Shown here in pieces: positions 54,891-64,000 of a stretch of 64,000 bases of DNA (position 1 is its first letter; every line of letters begins with the position of its first letter). The notes under the pieces were generated by a model. The model did not search any database. It was not told where the DNA came from and saw only the letters and a list, made by a program, of their open reading frames with translations. Both the position numbers and the translations under genes were made by a program. The stretch is taken from positions 36,360-100,359 of the forward strand of contig CACFSB010000001.1 of NCBI GenBank assembly GCA_902568855.1, in the 5' to 3' direction. The stretch is from an uncultured Pelagibacteraceae bacterium (GTDB lineage: Bacteria > Pseudomonadota > Alphaproteobacteria > Pelagibacterales > Pelagibacteraceae).

Positions 54891-55493
54891 TTAATAACAA
54901 AATTTTATTTGATTTGGAATTAAATGTTTTACACCCTCAAAATCATAATAATCAAATCCAAAAAATTTTAACTCTTTTATCTCCTTACCAAAAATTTTTT
55001 CCATCAAATCAAAAGATTTGGGTCCTTGAATTGCTAAGATATCAACATTAGGCTCAAAAATTTTTACATTGAATTTATTTCCTGATGCTAATCCTTTTGC
55101 AAAAAAAATAACATCGGAGTCAGCAATTGAGATCCACCATCTATCCTCAGCTAGCTTTAAAATAACTGGATCATTTACTAAATTTCCACTTTCATCAATT
55201 ATTGGGCAATAATAACATCTGCCAATTTTGGAATTGGATAAATCTCTACAGGTCATAAGTTGAACAAGTTTCGCTGCATCATTGCCTGAAATTTCAACCT
55301 GTCTTTCTGCTGATACATCCCATACTTGAACATTTTTTTTTAAATGATCACAGGATTCTTCTAAAGATCCAAATGCTGCTGGTAACAGCATATGATTATA
55401 AACTGTGTATGCAGTCACACCTTGATTTTCAATTCTTGAAGTATACGGAGTACTTCTCACTCTTCTTGATTTAGCTATTGGATAACTTTTCAT
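54891..55493 (-). pseudogene. dmdA: DMSP demethylase DmdA (GcvT family), 3'-truncated after about 192 codons
   Basis: [39 protein letters not shown]; ends [11 protein letters not shown] where a SG[WY]S..GG motif and C-terminal half are expected; clustered with dmdB/dmdC. Confidence 0.85.
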
Positions 55494-56266
55494 TTATTTA
55501 AGAATTCTAAAATCTTTTCTCTCATTTCGAATGCTTTTTCAATCATTATCATATGGCCAGATCCTTTGATCACGTGAGTAGTTGAATTTTTAATCAAATT
55601 AGAGAATTTTTTTCCTACTTCTAAATTAACCATTTTATCTAATTCTCCAAATATAAGCATCGATGGTAGATCAATTACTTTTGCAGCCTCAGAGCCATTT
55701 GAATAATTGTTACATGCATTTAAATCAACAGCCAAAATTTCACTTATATCTCTCGGCGATTGAATGATTTTTTCTACTGGGTTACCACCAATAAACTTTT
55801 TTGAACCCTCATATCCCCATTTCATCATTAATTTAACAGCGTCTGAGTGTCCGCTTTGAGCCAATTCAATTAGATCCGGATGTACTGGCATCTTATTTGA
55901 ACCTCCAACAAAAACTAATTTTTTGAGTCTCTCTTTATATCTTGAAGAATATTCGAGTATTTCTAAACATCCTTGAGAATGACCAACTAAAATTAAGTTT
56001 TTTAATTTTAATTTATCAAATACTTTTTCCATCCAATCAGCAATTTTTTCAATACTATCTAAACAAGGACCATCTGAATTTCCATGTCCAGGTAAATCTA
56101 TAGATAATACATTATAATTTTTTGATGAAAAAAATTGTTCAGCTAAGGACCAAACAATGTGTGAGAGACCACTTCCATGTAAAAATACTATCGTATCTTT
56201 ATTTATATCTATACCCTGACCAGAGTCGGATGCATGAATGTTTTTGTTTTCTAGTTGGAATATCAA
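55490..56266 (-). CDS. Alpha/beta hydrolase
   Basis: FLHGSG, DLPGHG, GHSQG nucleophile, GH. Confidence 0.9.
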   Translation of the reverse strand: MIFQLENKNIHASDSGQGIDINKDTIVFLHGSGLSHIVWSLAEQFFSSKNYNVLSIDLPGHGNSDGPCLDSIEKIADWMEKVFDKLKLKNLILVGHSQGCLEILEYSSRYKERLKKLVFVGGSNKMPVHPDLIELAQSGHSDAVKLMMKWGYEGSKKFIGGNPVEKIIQSPRDISEILAVDLNACNNYSNGSEAAKVIDLPSMLIFGELDKMVNLEVGKKFSNLIKNSTTHVIKGSGHMIMIEKAFEMREKILEFLNK

Positions 56267-56274
56267 TTATTTTC

Positions 56275-57891
56275 CTAAAATTTTTTTCTTAACTCAAATT
56301 TTTGAATTTTACCTGTTGAAGTCTTTGGTAATTCACAAAAAACAACTTGTTTCGGCACTTTAAAACCAGCAAGGGTTTCTTTACAAAAACTTATTAATTC
56401 TTTTTCTGTAACCGGTTTATCTTGGACCATCTCAATAAATGCACATGGAACTTCGCCCCATTTTTCATCTGGTTTTGCTACTACTGCTGCAATAGAAACT
56501 GATGGATGCTTTGCTAAAGTGTTTTCTATTTCGATTGAAGAAATATTTTCACCTCCAGAAATAATGATATCTTTAGATCTGTCTTGAATTTTAACATATC
56601 CATCTGGATGCATGACCGCCAAATCTCCAGAATGAAACCATCCACCACCCATAGCTTTATCTGTAGCATCTTTATCTTTGAAATAGCCCTTCATAACGAC
56701 ATTTCCTTTAATCATAATTTCACCAATCGTTTTTCCGTCTTTTGGCACTTCTTTCATTGACTCAGGGTCCATAACAGTAATTCCCTCTGTATTAGGGTAT
56801 CTTACTCCTTGCCTTGCCTTTATCTCATTCTGCTTTTCTTCATCAAATTCATTCCAAGAGTCGTTCCAAGCACATTGAGTAACATGACCATAGGTTTCTG
56901 TTAATCCATAGACATGCATTACTTCAAATCCAAGTTCTTTCATTTTTTTAAATATGATGCTTGGTGGCGGTGCTCCAGCAGTTAATACATAAACTTTTTG
57001 TTTTAGCTTTTTTCTGTCAGACGCAGGAGCTCCTGTAATCATATTGAGCACTATTGGCGCCCCTCCAAAATGAGTGACATCATATTTATCAATTAATTCA
57101 AAAATTTTCTTAACATCAATATTTCTTAAGCAAATAGTTCTTCCATTTAACATGGGAACAGTCCACGGATAACCCCAACCATTACAATGAAACATAGGCA
57201 CAATAGTCAAAAAATTTAATCTGTTTGGCATATTCCATGCAACTGCACTTCCAGTTGACATCAAATATGATCCTCTATGGTGGTAAACCACCCCCTTAGG
57301 GTTTCCAGTAGTTCCTGAAGTATAACTAAGTGACAATGCTTGCCATTCATCTTCTGGCATTTCCCAATTATAATTTTCGTCACCAGTATTTAAAAAACTT
57401 TCATATTCTAACTCTCCAATTTTCTCACACTTAGATTGATCTGCAAATTTATCGTTGATATCAATTATTATAATTTTTCTTTTTAAAGTATTTAGGGCCT
57501 TTTTTACCTCAACATGAAGTTGCCTATCAACAACTAAAACTTTTGCCTCACTATGTTCTAAAATATACGTAATTGTCTTAGCATCTAATCTTATATTAAT
57601 AGTATTAAGAACTGCACCTGTCATTGGAACTGAATAGTGTCCTTCAAAAATTTCAGGGGTATTAAAAGCTAAAAACGAAACAGTATCACCCTTGCTAACT
57701 CCAATTTTATTAAGTGCGCTAGCAAATTTTACAGTTCGTTTATAAACTTGACTCCAAGTATATTTCCTATCTTCATAAATAACTGCTTCATAATTGGGAT
57801 AAATTTCATAAGCTCTTTTTAAAAAAGTCAAAGGTGTTAATGGAACATAATTTGCATCATTTTTATCAAGATTAGTTTCGTAATGGCTCAT
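56275..57891 (-). CDS. dmdB: Acyl-CoA synthetase, probable methylmercaptopropionate-CoA ligase
   Basis: YTSGTTGNPKG, YGLTE, DR.KDIIISGGENI; dmd cluster context. Confidence 0.8.
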   Translation of the reverse strand: MSHYETNLDKNDANYVPLTPLTFLKRAYEIYPNYEAVIYEDRKYTWSQVYKRTVKFASALNKIGVSKGDTVSFLAFNTPEIFEGHYSVPMTGAVLNTINIRLDAKTITYILEHSEAKVLVVDRQLHVEVKKALNTLKRKIIIIDINDKFADQSKCEKIGELEYESFLNTGDENYNWEMPEDEWQALSLSYTSGTTGNPKGVVYHHRGSYLMSTGSAVAWNMPNRLNFLTIVPMFHCNGWGYPWTVPMLNGRTICLRNIDVKKIFELIDKYDVTHFGGAPIVLNMITGAPASDRKKLKQKVYVLTAGAPPPSIIFKKMKELGFEVMHVYGLTETYGHVTQCAWNDSWNEFDEEKQNEIKARQGVRYPNTEGITVMDPESMKEVPKDGKTIGEIMIKGNVVMKGYFKDKDATDKAMGGGWFHSGDLAVMHPDGYVKIQDRSKDIIISGGENISSIEIENTLAKHPSVSIAAVVAKPDEKWGEVPCAFIEMVQDKPVTEKELISFCKETLAGFKVPKQVVFCELPKTSTGKIQKFELRKKF

Positions 57892-59655
57892 TTAATTGAA
57901 CTTGAAATTCATTATATTTGAACTTCCAGAAATTGCAGACTTATAGTGGTGTTCGGCTCTAGGTAATACTTTGTCAAAATAAAATCTAGCAGTATCTATT
58001 TTATCATTATAAAAATTTTTATTTTCCTCATAATCTTTAAAACTTACCTCAAGAACCTTAATCCATGCATATGCAATAGATACGTAACCTAAAGTTTTAA
58101 GATAGTCATTAGCCGCTGCGCTAACATCATCTTTTGCTGAGGTTGCTTTATCTATTATCCAATCACTAAATTTTTTAAGAGTGTCTAAATTCTTATTAAA
58201 TTCTAATAAAAATGGTTTAATTTTTTCATTGTCAGTTTTACACTCTGACTTAACCTGATCTAAAAATTTATTTATTATACTACCATTTTTATTTGATAAT
58301 TTTCTGAAAACTAGATCCAAAGCTTGGACCGAATTTGTACCTTCGTAGATAGGTGTAATTCTATTATCTCTATATAATTGTTCTATTCCTTGATCTTTAG
58401 TGTATCCATATCCACCATGAATTTGCATAGCATCACTTGTTATTTCCATTGCTAAATCTGTGAATAGAGATTTTACCACAGGAGTCATGAGGGAAACATA
58501 ATCTGAGGCTTCCTGACGTGTTTTTTCATCTGGATGATTTAAACTTACTTCAGTTTGCTGTGATAGCCAAAAACATAAAGCTCTTTCACCTTCAATAATT
58601 GATTTCATATTAAGAAGGGTTCTTCTTATGTCAGCGTGCTCAATTATAAAATCTGCGCCATTTTTTGAACTAGAATTATTTGATTTTCCTTGTTTTCTCT
58701 CTTTTGCATAAGTTAGTGAATTTTGATAGGCAATTTCTGAAATACCTAAACCTTGTATACCAACAACTATTCTTTCAAGATTCATCATAGTGAACATTGC
58801 ACTTAATCCTTTTTCTTTAGCACCTATCATGTATCCAGTAGCATCATCAAAATTTAATACACAAGTTGCTGATCCCTTTATTCCCATCTTAGTTTCTATA
58901 GATCCTGTAGATATTCCATTTCTTGGTCCGATTGTTCCATCGTCTTTAACCACAAATTTCGGAACTAAAAATAAACTTATTCCTTTTGTGCCTGCTGGAG
59001 AGTCATCTGCTCTAGCCAAAACTAGATGAATAATATTCTCAGTCAAATCATGATCACCAGATGTAATAAATATTTTTTGACCACTTATTTTATAAGTTCC
59101 GTCAGTTTGTTTCCTGGCTTTTGTTCTTAATAAACCCAAATCGGTACCACATACTGGTTCAGTTAAACACATAGTGCCGCTCCATTTTCCCTCAACTATT
59201 TTAGGTAAATATTTATTTTTTATATCGTCTGTAGCATGATGATTAATACAATTATATGCACCAATACTTAGTTCACTGTATAATTTAAAAGATAGACTTG
59301 CAGAGGAAAGCATTTCATCAAAAAATGCACTTACAGTTTTTGGCATACCTTGACCCCCATATTTTGGGTCACAAGATAGTGAAGTCCATCCGTCCTCGAT
59401 ATATTTTTTGTAAGCTTCTTTATAACCTGGTGGAGTTCTTACTACTCCATTTTCTAAAACTGCAGGATTTTCGTCACCAGCTTTAGCTAATGGTAAAATT
59501 AAATTTTGATTAATCTTCGCTGCCTCCTGTAAAATATCTTTTACTAAATCAGTTGTTACCTCTTTATATTTTTCTAACTCATTATATTTTTGATTATTTC
59601 TAAGTTTCTCGAATAGAAACATCATATCATCAACAGGAGCGGTATAGCTTGGCAT
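57892..59655 (-). CDS. dmdC: Acyl-CoA dehydrogenase, probable MMPA-CoA dehydrogenase
   Basis: MCLTEP..GTD, G.KIFIT, QIHGGYGY, IYEGTN; dmd cluster context. Confidence 0.8.
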   Translation of the reverse strand: MPSYTAPVDDMMFLFEKLRNNQKYNELEKYKEVTTDLVKDILQEAAKINQNLILPLAKAGDENPAVLENGVVRTPPGYKEAYKKYIEDGWTSLSCDPKYGGQGMPKTVSAFFDEMLSSASLSFKLYSELSIGAYNCINHHATDDIKNKYLPKIVEGKWSGTMCLTEPVCGTDLGLLRTKARKQTDGTYKISGQKIFITSGDHDLTENIIHLVLARADDSPAGTKGISLFLVPKFVVKDDGTIGPRNGISTGSIETKMGIKGSATCVLNFDDATGYMIGAKEKGLSAMFTMMNLERIVVGIQGLGISEIAYQNSLTYAKERKQGKSNNSSSKNGADFIIEHADIRRTLLNMKSIIEGERALCFWLSQQTEVSLNHPDEKTRQEASDYVSLMTPVVKSLFTDLAMEITSDAMQIHGGYGYTKDQGIEQLYRDNRITPIYEGTNSVQALDLVFRKLSNKNGSIINKFLDQVKSECKTDNEKIKPFLLEFNKNLDTLKKFSDWIIDKATSAKDDVSAAANDYLKTLGYVSIAYAWIKVLEVSFKDYEENKNFYNDKIDTARFYFDKVLPRAEHHYKSAISGSSNIMNFKFN

Positions 59656-59681
59656 AGTATGACTTTAAGATAATTAATTAA

Positions 59682-60788
59682 TTATTGCAATTTTGAAATG
59701 ATCGCATCACCCATTTGAGAAGTAGAAACCTCTCTCATTTTATCAGACATTATATCTTTTGTTCTCAATCCATCATTAAGAGCCTCTTGTACAGCCTTTT
59801 CTAAGGCCTCTGCCTCTTTATCTAAATCTAAAGAATATCTTAGTGCCATAGCAAAACTCAAAATTGAGGCAATAGGATTTGCGACTCCTTTTCCAGCAAT
59901 GTCTGGTGCTGAACCATGAATAGGTTCATACATAGCTCTCATTTCGCCATCCTTATTTTTTGCACCTAATGATGCAGAAGGTAGTAATCCAAGAGAACCT
60001 GTTAACATAGAAGCCTCATCTGATAACATGTCACCAAATAAATTATCAGTTAAGATTACATCAAATTGTTTTGGGTTTCTTACTAATTGCATCGCACAAT
60101 TATCAGCCAACATATGACTTAACTCAACATCCTTATAATCTTTATCATGTAATGATTGCACTTCTTCTTTCCAAAGTTGGCCTGCTTCCATTACATTAGA
60201 TTTTTCACAAGATATGACTCTATTTGATCTTTTTTTAGCTAAGTCAAAGGCAACTCTAGCTACTCTAATAATTTCACTGCTAGTATAAGTATGAGTGTTT
60301 ACTCCTTTTCTTTCTCCATTTTCTATTGGCTTAATTCCTCTTGGTTCACCAAAATATACTCCACCAGTTAATTCTCTAACTATTAAAATATCTAAACCTG
60401 ATACAATTTCTGGTTTTAAAGTTGAAGCATTTACTAATTGTTTAAAGCATATCGCTGGCCTTAAATTAGCAAAAAGTTTTAGTTCTTTTCTAAGTTTTAA
60501 AAGGGCTCTCTCAGGTTTTTTTGAAAATTCTACACCATCCCACTTTGGTCCACCAACTGCACCTAACATTATTACAGCGCTCTCTAATGCTTTATAAAAA
60601 ACTTCATCAGTAAGAGGTGTTCCATGCTTATCAAAAGAAATTCCTCCAACTAAATCCTCATCAATTTCAAAATCTAAAGATTTTTTATCATTAAACCAAT
60701 TGATTACTTTTTTAACCTCTGCAATAACTTCAGGACCTATTCCATCACCTGGTAACAATAACACTCTTCTTTTTTTTACTTTAATCAT
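59682..60788 (-). CDS. leuB: 3-isopropylmalate dehydrogenase
   Basis: [38 protein letters not shown]. Confidence 0.96.
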   Translation of the reverse strand: MIKVKKRRVLLLPGDGIGPEVIAEVKKVINWFNDKKSLDFEIDEDLVGGISFDKHGTPLTDEVFYKALESAVIMLGAVGGPKWDGVEFSKKPERALLKLRKELKLFANLRPAICFKQLVNASTLKPEIVSGLDILIVRELTGGVYFGEPRGIKPIENGERKGVNTHTYTSSEIIRVARVAFDLAKKRSNRVISCEKSNVMEAGQLWKEEVQSLHDKDYKDVELSHMLADNCAMQLVRNPKQFDVILTDNLFGDMLSDEASMLTGSLGLLPSASLGAKNKDGEMRAMYEPIHGSAPDIAGKGVANPIASILSFAMALRYSLDLDKEAEALEKAVQEALNDGLRTKDIMSDKMREVSTSQMGDAIISKLQ

Positions 60789-61386
60789 TAAACACCCAGG
60801 GCTTTTTGACTTTTAAATCTTTTTCAAAAATTTCAATTTTATCAGATTTTTTTAATGAAAGAGCTATATCGTCTAATCCTTCTAACAAACACTTTTTTTT
60901 AAACGAGTCTACTTTAAATTTTAATTCATTATTTCCAAAAATAACTTTTTCTTCCTTAAGATCTATAAAAATTTCTTCTTTTCTTTTTGCATACTCTGAT
61001 AGTTCTTTAATTTTATCATCATCTAAAATTATTGGTAAAATTCCATTTTTAAAACAGTTGTTATAAAAGATATCTGCAAAACTTGAACTTATCACACACG
61101 TGATTCCGAAGTCTAATAATGCCCATGGAGCGTGTTCTCTTGAAGAACCACAACCAAAATTTTTTCCAGCAATTAGAATTTTTGAGTTATTGTAAGGATC
61201 TGTGTTTAAAACAAAATCATTTATTTCTTTACCTTGATCGTCATATCTCATCTCAAAAAATAAATTTTTGCCAAGTCCAGTTCTTTTAATTGTTTTTAAA
61301 AATTGTTTTGGAATAATCATATCTGTATCAATATTAACCATTGGCAAATACGCTGGTATACTCTTCAAAGTGTTAAATTTTTGCAT
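60781..61386 (-). CDS. leuD: 3-isopropylmalate dehydratase small subunit
   Basis: [19 protein letters not shown]. Confidence 0.96.
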   Translation of the reverse strand: MQKFNTLKSIPAYLPMVNIDTDMIIPKQFLKTIKRTGLGKNLFFEMRYDDQGKEINDFVLNTDPYNNSKILIAGKNFGCGSSREHAPWALLDFGITCVISSSFADIFYNNCFKNGILPIILDDDKIKELSEYAKRKEEIFIDLKEEKVIFGNNELKFKVDSFKKKCLLEGLDDIALSLKKSDKIEIFEKDLKVKKPWVFND

Positions 61387-61387
61387 T

Positions 61388-62791
61388 TTAATTTTGATAT
61401 TTCCTTACATCATCAAGGTTTCCAGATATTGCTGCTGCTGCTGCCATACCTGGGCTTACTAAATGGGTTCTTCCACCTCTCCCTTGCCTACCTTCAAAAT
61501 TTCTATTTGATGTAGAGGCACATCTTTCTTCTGGTTTTAATTTATCTGCATTCATTGCTAAACACATTGAACAACCTGGCTCTCTCCACTCAAATCCTGA
61601 CTTTACAAAAATCTTATCTAATCCTTCTTGTTCTGCTTGTTCTTTGACTAACCCTGATCCAGGAACAACCATAGCATGAACATGAGAGGCAATTTTTTTA
61701 TCTTGTAAAATTTTTGCAGCCTCTCTTAAATCTTCAATTCTCCCATTAGTACAGCTCCCAATGAAAACTTTATCAATTTTAATATCTTTAGCTGCCATAT
61801 CTGGCTTCAAGCCCATATAATTTAAGGCTCGTTCCAAAGAATTTTTTCTATCCTCATCTTTCTCATTTTTTGGATTTGGTACTCTTTCATCTATCGTAAT
61901 AACATCCTGAGGTGAAGTTCCCCAAGTTATCATTGGCGAAATTTCATTGGCATTTAGGTTTACCTCTTTATCAAACTTGGCACCTTCATCAGTATTTAAA
62001 TTTTTCCAATTATCTAGTGCTTTATCCCAATCGTCTCCTTTAGGAGACATTGGTCTACCTTCTAAGTATTTAAATATTTTTTCATCAGGAGCAATTAATC
62101 CTGCCCTTGCACCACCTTCAATTGTCATATTACAAATTGTCATTCTATTCTCAACACTAAGCGATTTAATTAGATCCCCTGCATACTCAATAACACATCC
62201 TGTTCCTCCCGCAGTTCCAATTTTTCCAATTATTTGAAGAATTACATCTTTTGATGTAACACCTAATGGAAGTGTGCCGTTGACATTTATTCTAAAATTC
62301 TTTGCTTTTTTTTGAACTAATGTTTGAGTTGCTAAAACATGTTCTACTTCTGAAGTTCCAATACCAAAAGCTAATGCACCAAATGCTCCATGTGTTGCTG
62401 TATGACTATCGCCACAGACAATAACTGTACCAGGTTGAGTAAAACCCTGTTCGGGTCCTGTGACATGAACAATTCCTTGTCTCTTATCGCTCATTCCAAA
62501 AAGTTTAATACCAAACTCTTTACAATTAGCCTCTAAAGTTTCAACTTGAATTTTAGATTCATGGTCTGAAATACCTTTTGACCTATCCGTTGTTGGAACA
62601 TTATGATCTGCAACAGCTAATGTCAATTTTGGGTGTCTTACTTTACGTTTAGAATTTCTTAATCCCTCAAAGGCTTGTGGACTAGTGACTTCATGAACTA
62701 AGTGTCTGTCAACAAACAATAAAGCTGTTCCATCTTCTTGCTGATGAACTAAATGTTCGTTCCAAATTTTATCGTAAAGAGTATTGGGCAT
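61388..62791 (-). CDS. leuC: 3-isopropylmalate dehydratase large subunit
   Basis: [30 protein letters not shown]. Confidence 0.97.
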   Translation of the reverse strand: MPNTLYDKIWNEHLVHQQEDGTALLFVDRHLVHEVTSPQAFEGLRNSKRKVRHPKLTLAVADHNVPTTDRSKGISDHESKIQVETLEANCKEFGIKLFGMSDKRQGIVHVTGPEQGFTQPGTVIVCGDSHTATHGAFGALAFGIGTSEVEHVLATQTLVQKKAKNFRINVNGTLPLGVTSKDVILQIIGKIGTAGGTGCVIEYAGDLIKSLSVENRMTICNMTIEGGARAGLIAPDEKIFKYLEGRPMSPKGDDWDKALDNWKNLNTDEGAKFDKEVNLNANEISPMITWGTSPQDVITIDERVPNPKNEKDEDRKNSLERALNYMGLKPDMAAKDIKIDKVFIGSCTNGRIEDLREAAKILQDKKIASHVHAMVVPGSGLVKEQAEQEGLDKIFVKSGFEWREPGCSMCLAMNADKLKPEERCASTSNRNFEGRQGRGGRTHLVSPGMAAAAAISGNLDDVRKYQN

Positions 62792-62802
62792 TGAAGAAAA
62801 AA

Positions 62803-63378
62803 TTATTTTTTTTCCTGTAAATTTTCAAGTTTTTTTTCAGTTTTAGCTTCAGCTTTGGGTGCCTCTTTCTTCGTCTCTATTTTTGGTGCTTCTTCTTTTT
62901 TAGGCTCTATAGTTGGGGTAGCCTCATTTGCAGACTCTGGTGCACTTTCTTTTTCAGCTGGCGCTAGATTTTCTTCAGTAACAGTCTCAGGCTTAACGTC
63001 AATATCAATACCAATTTTTTTTCTTATTTTTTCAGCAATCCTCGCAGATTTTCCAGTTCTATCTCTTAAATAATACAGTTTAGCTCTTCTAACTTTTCCT
63101 GAACGAATTACTTTGATTGAATCAATAACTGTTCCATACAACGGGAAAGTTCTTTCAACACCTTCTCCAAAAGATATTTTTCTAACAGTAAAAGAGGAGT
63201 TTATGTCTCTACTTTTTTTAGCTATACAAACACCTTCGAAATATTGAATTCTCTCTTTTTTTCCCTCTGTAATTCTGACGCCAACTTTAACAACATCACC
63301 AGGAAAGAAATCAGGGATCTTTTTTTCTGAAAGAATTTTTTTAACGTTATTTTGGTTTATTTCTTCTATTGTTTTCAT
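62803..63378 (-). CDS. rplS: 50S ribosomal protein L19 with long C-terminal tail
   Basis: [27 protein letters not shown]; ATG at 63378 preferred. Confidence 0.95.
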   Translation of the reverse strand: MKTIEEINQNNVKKILSEKKIPDFFPGDVVKVGVRITEGKKERIQYFEGVCIAKKSRDINSSFTVRKISFGEGVERTFPLYGTVIDSIKVIRSGKVRRAKLYYLRDRTGKSARIAEKIRKKIGIDIDVKPETVTEENLAPAEKESAPESANEATPTIEPKKEEAPKIETKKEAPKAEAKTEKKLENLQEKK

Positions 63379-63394
63379 TTTAATATTTAACAAA

Positions 63395-64000
63395 TTAATT
63401 CTTCTTATATTTATGCCACAAATCTGGTCTTCGGTCGCGTGTTATAGCCTCAGATTGAGATAAACGCCAGTCTTTAATTTTAGCGTGATCACCAGATAAT
63501 AACACATCTGGAACTGATTTTTCCTCCCAAATCTGGGGTTTGGTATATTGTGGATACTCCAAAAGGCCATTTTCAAAAGTTTCTTCTGAGGCTGATTTAT
63601 CATTCCCTAAGACACCAGGTAAAAGTCTCAATACACTATCAAGCACAACTAGCGCAGCAGTTTCTCCACCTGACAATACATAGTCTCCTACACTAATTTC
63701 TTCAATATTTCTTGTAGATAATACTCTCTCGTCAACACCTTCGAAATGACCGCAAATTAATGAGAAAGATTTTTCTATTGATAGATCTTGTGCAAGTTTT
63801 TGATTAAATACTTTGCCTTTCGGTGAAAGATATAAAATCCTATCTCCTTTATTTATGTTTTGATCTATAGAATTTGCTAAAACATCAGGTTTTAATAACA
63901 TGCCTGTTCCACCACCGTAAGGAGTATCATCAACTGTTTTATGTTTATCTGTAGCTGCATCTCTAATATTTATCACATTCAGACTCCACAATTTTTTAGA
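63395..64000 (-). CDS. trmD: tRNA (guanine-N1)-methyltransferase, 5' end beyond the window
   Basis: [29 protein letters not shown]. Confidence 0.95.
   Translation of the reverse strand, partial: SKKLWSLNVINIRDAATDKHKTVDDTPYGGGTGMLLKPDVLANSIDQNINKGDRILYLSPKGKVFNQKLAQDLSIEKSFSLICGHFEGVDERVLSTRNIEEISVGDYVLSGGETAALVVLDSVLRLLPGVLGNDKSASEETFENGLLEYPQYTKPQIWEEKSVPDVLLSGDHAKIKDWRLSQSEAITRDRRPDLWHKYKKN

Overview
AT-rich, gene-dense alphaproteobacterial DNA whose gene content and order fit Pelagibacterales (SAR11): orphan 5S rRNA next to a glycan island, SpeD-SpeE fusion, dmdABC, very short intergenic spacers. The window appears to be a mosaic of three blocks joined at two abrupt breakpoints. Block 1 (1-~18500): organosulfur/TRAP genes, rpoZ, LPS glycosyltransferases, a basic amino acid ABC transporter and a polyamine/MTA-salvage operon cut off inside mtnA. 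Block 2 (~18490-54917): starts inside tsaC and runs through core genes (tRNA-Arg, rpoH, purA, ftsH, tol-pal, tkt-gap-pgk-fba, rpsU, tRNA-fMet, pntAB, rpmJ, 5S rRNA) into three glycan-island genes. Block 3 (54918-64000): a 3'-truncated dmdA, dmdB/dmdC, leuBDC, rplS and trmD. The breakpoints are most simply explained as amplification or assembly chimeras. No CRISPR, IS element or prophage is visible. The best biological leads are a phage/MOC1-type resolvase where ruvCAB normally sits, a 5S rRNA that seems to head a protein-coding operon, a probable AUU-initiated rpsU, SpeD-SpeE coupled to a DHAP-shunt-like salvage route, and a GAPDH with NADP-type signature residues. I cannot establish a wholly new system from sequence alone. 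Family assignments come from motif recognition, not database searches.
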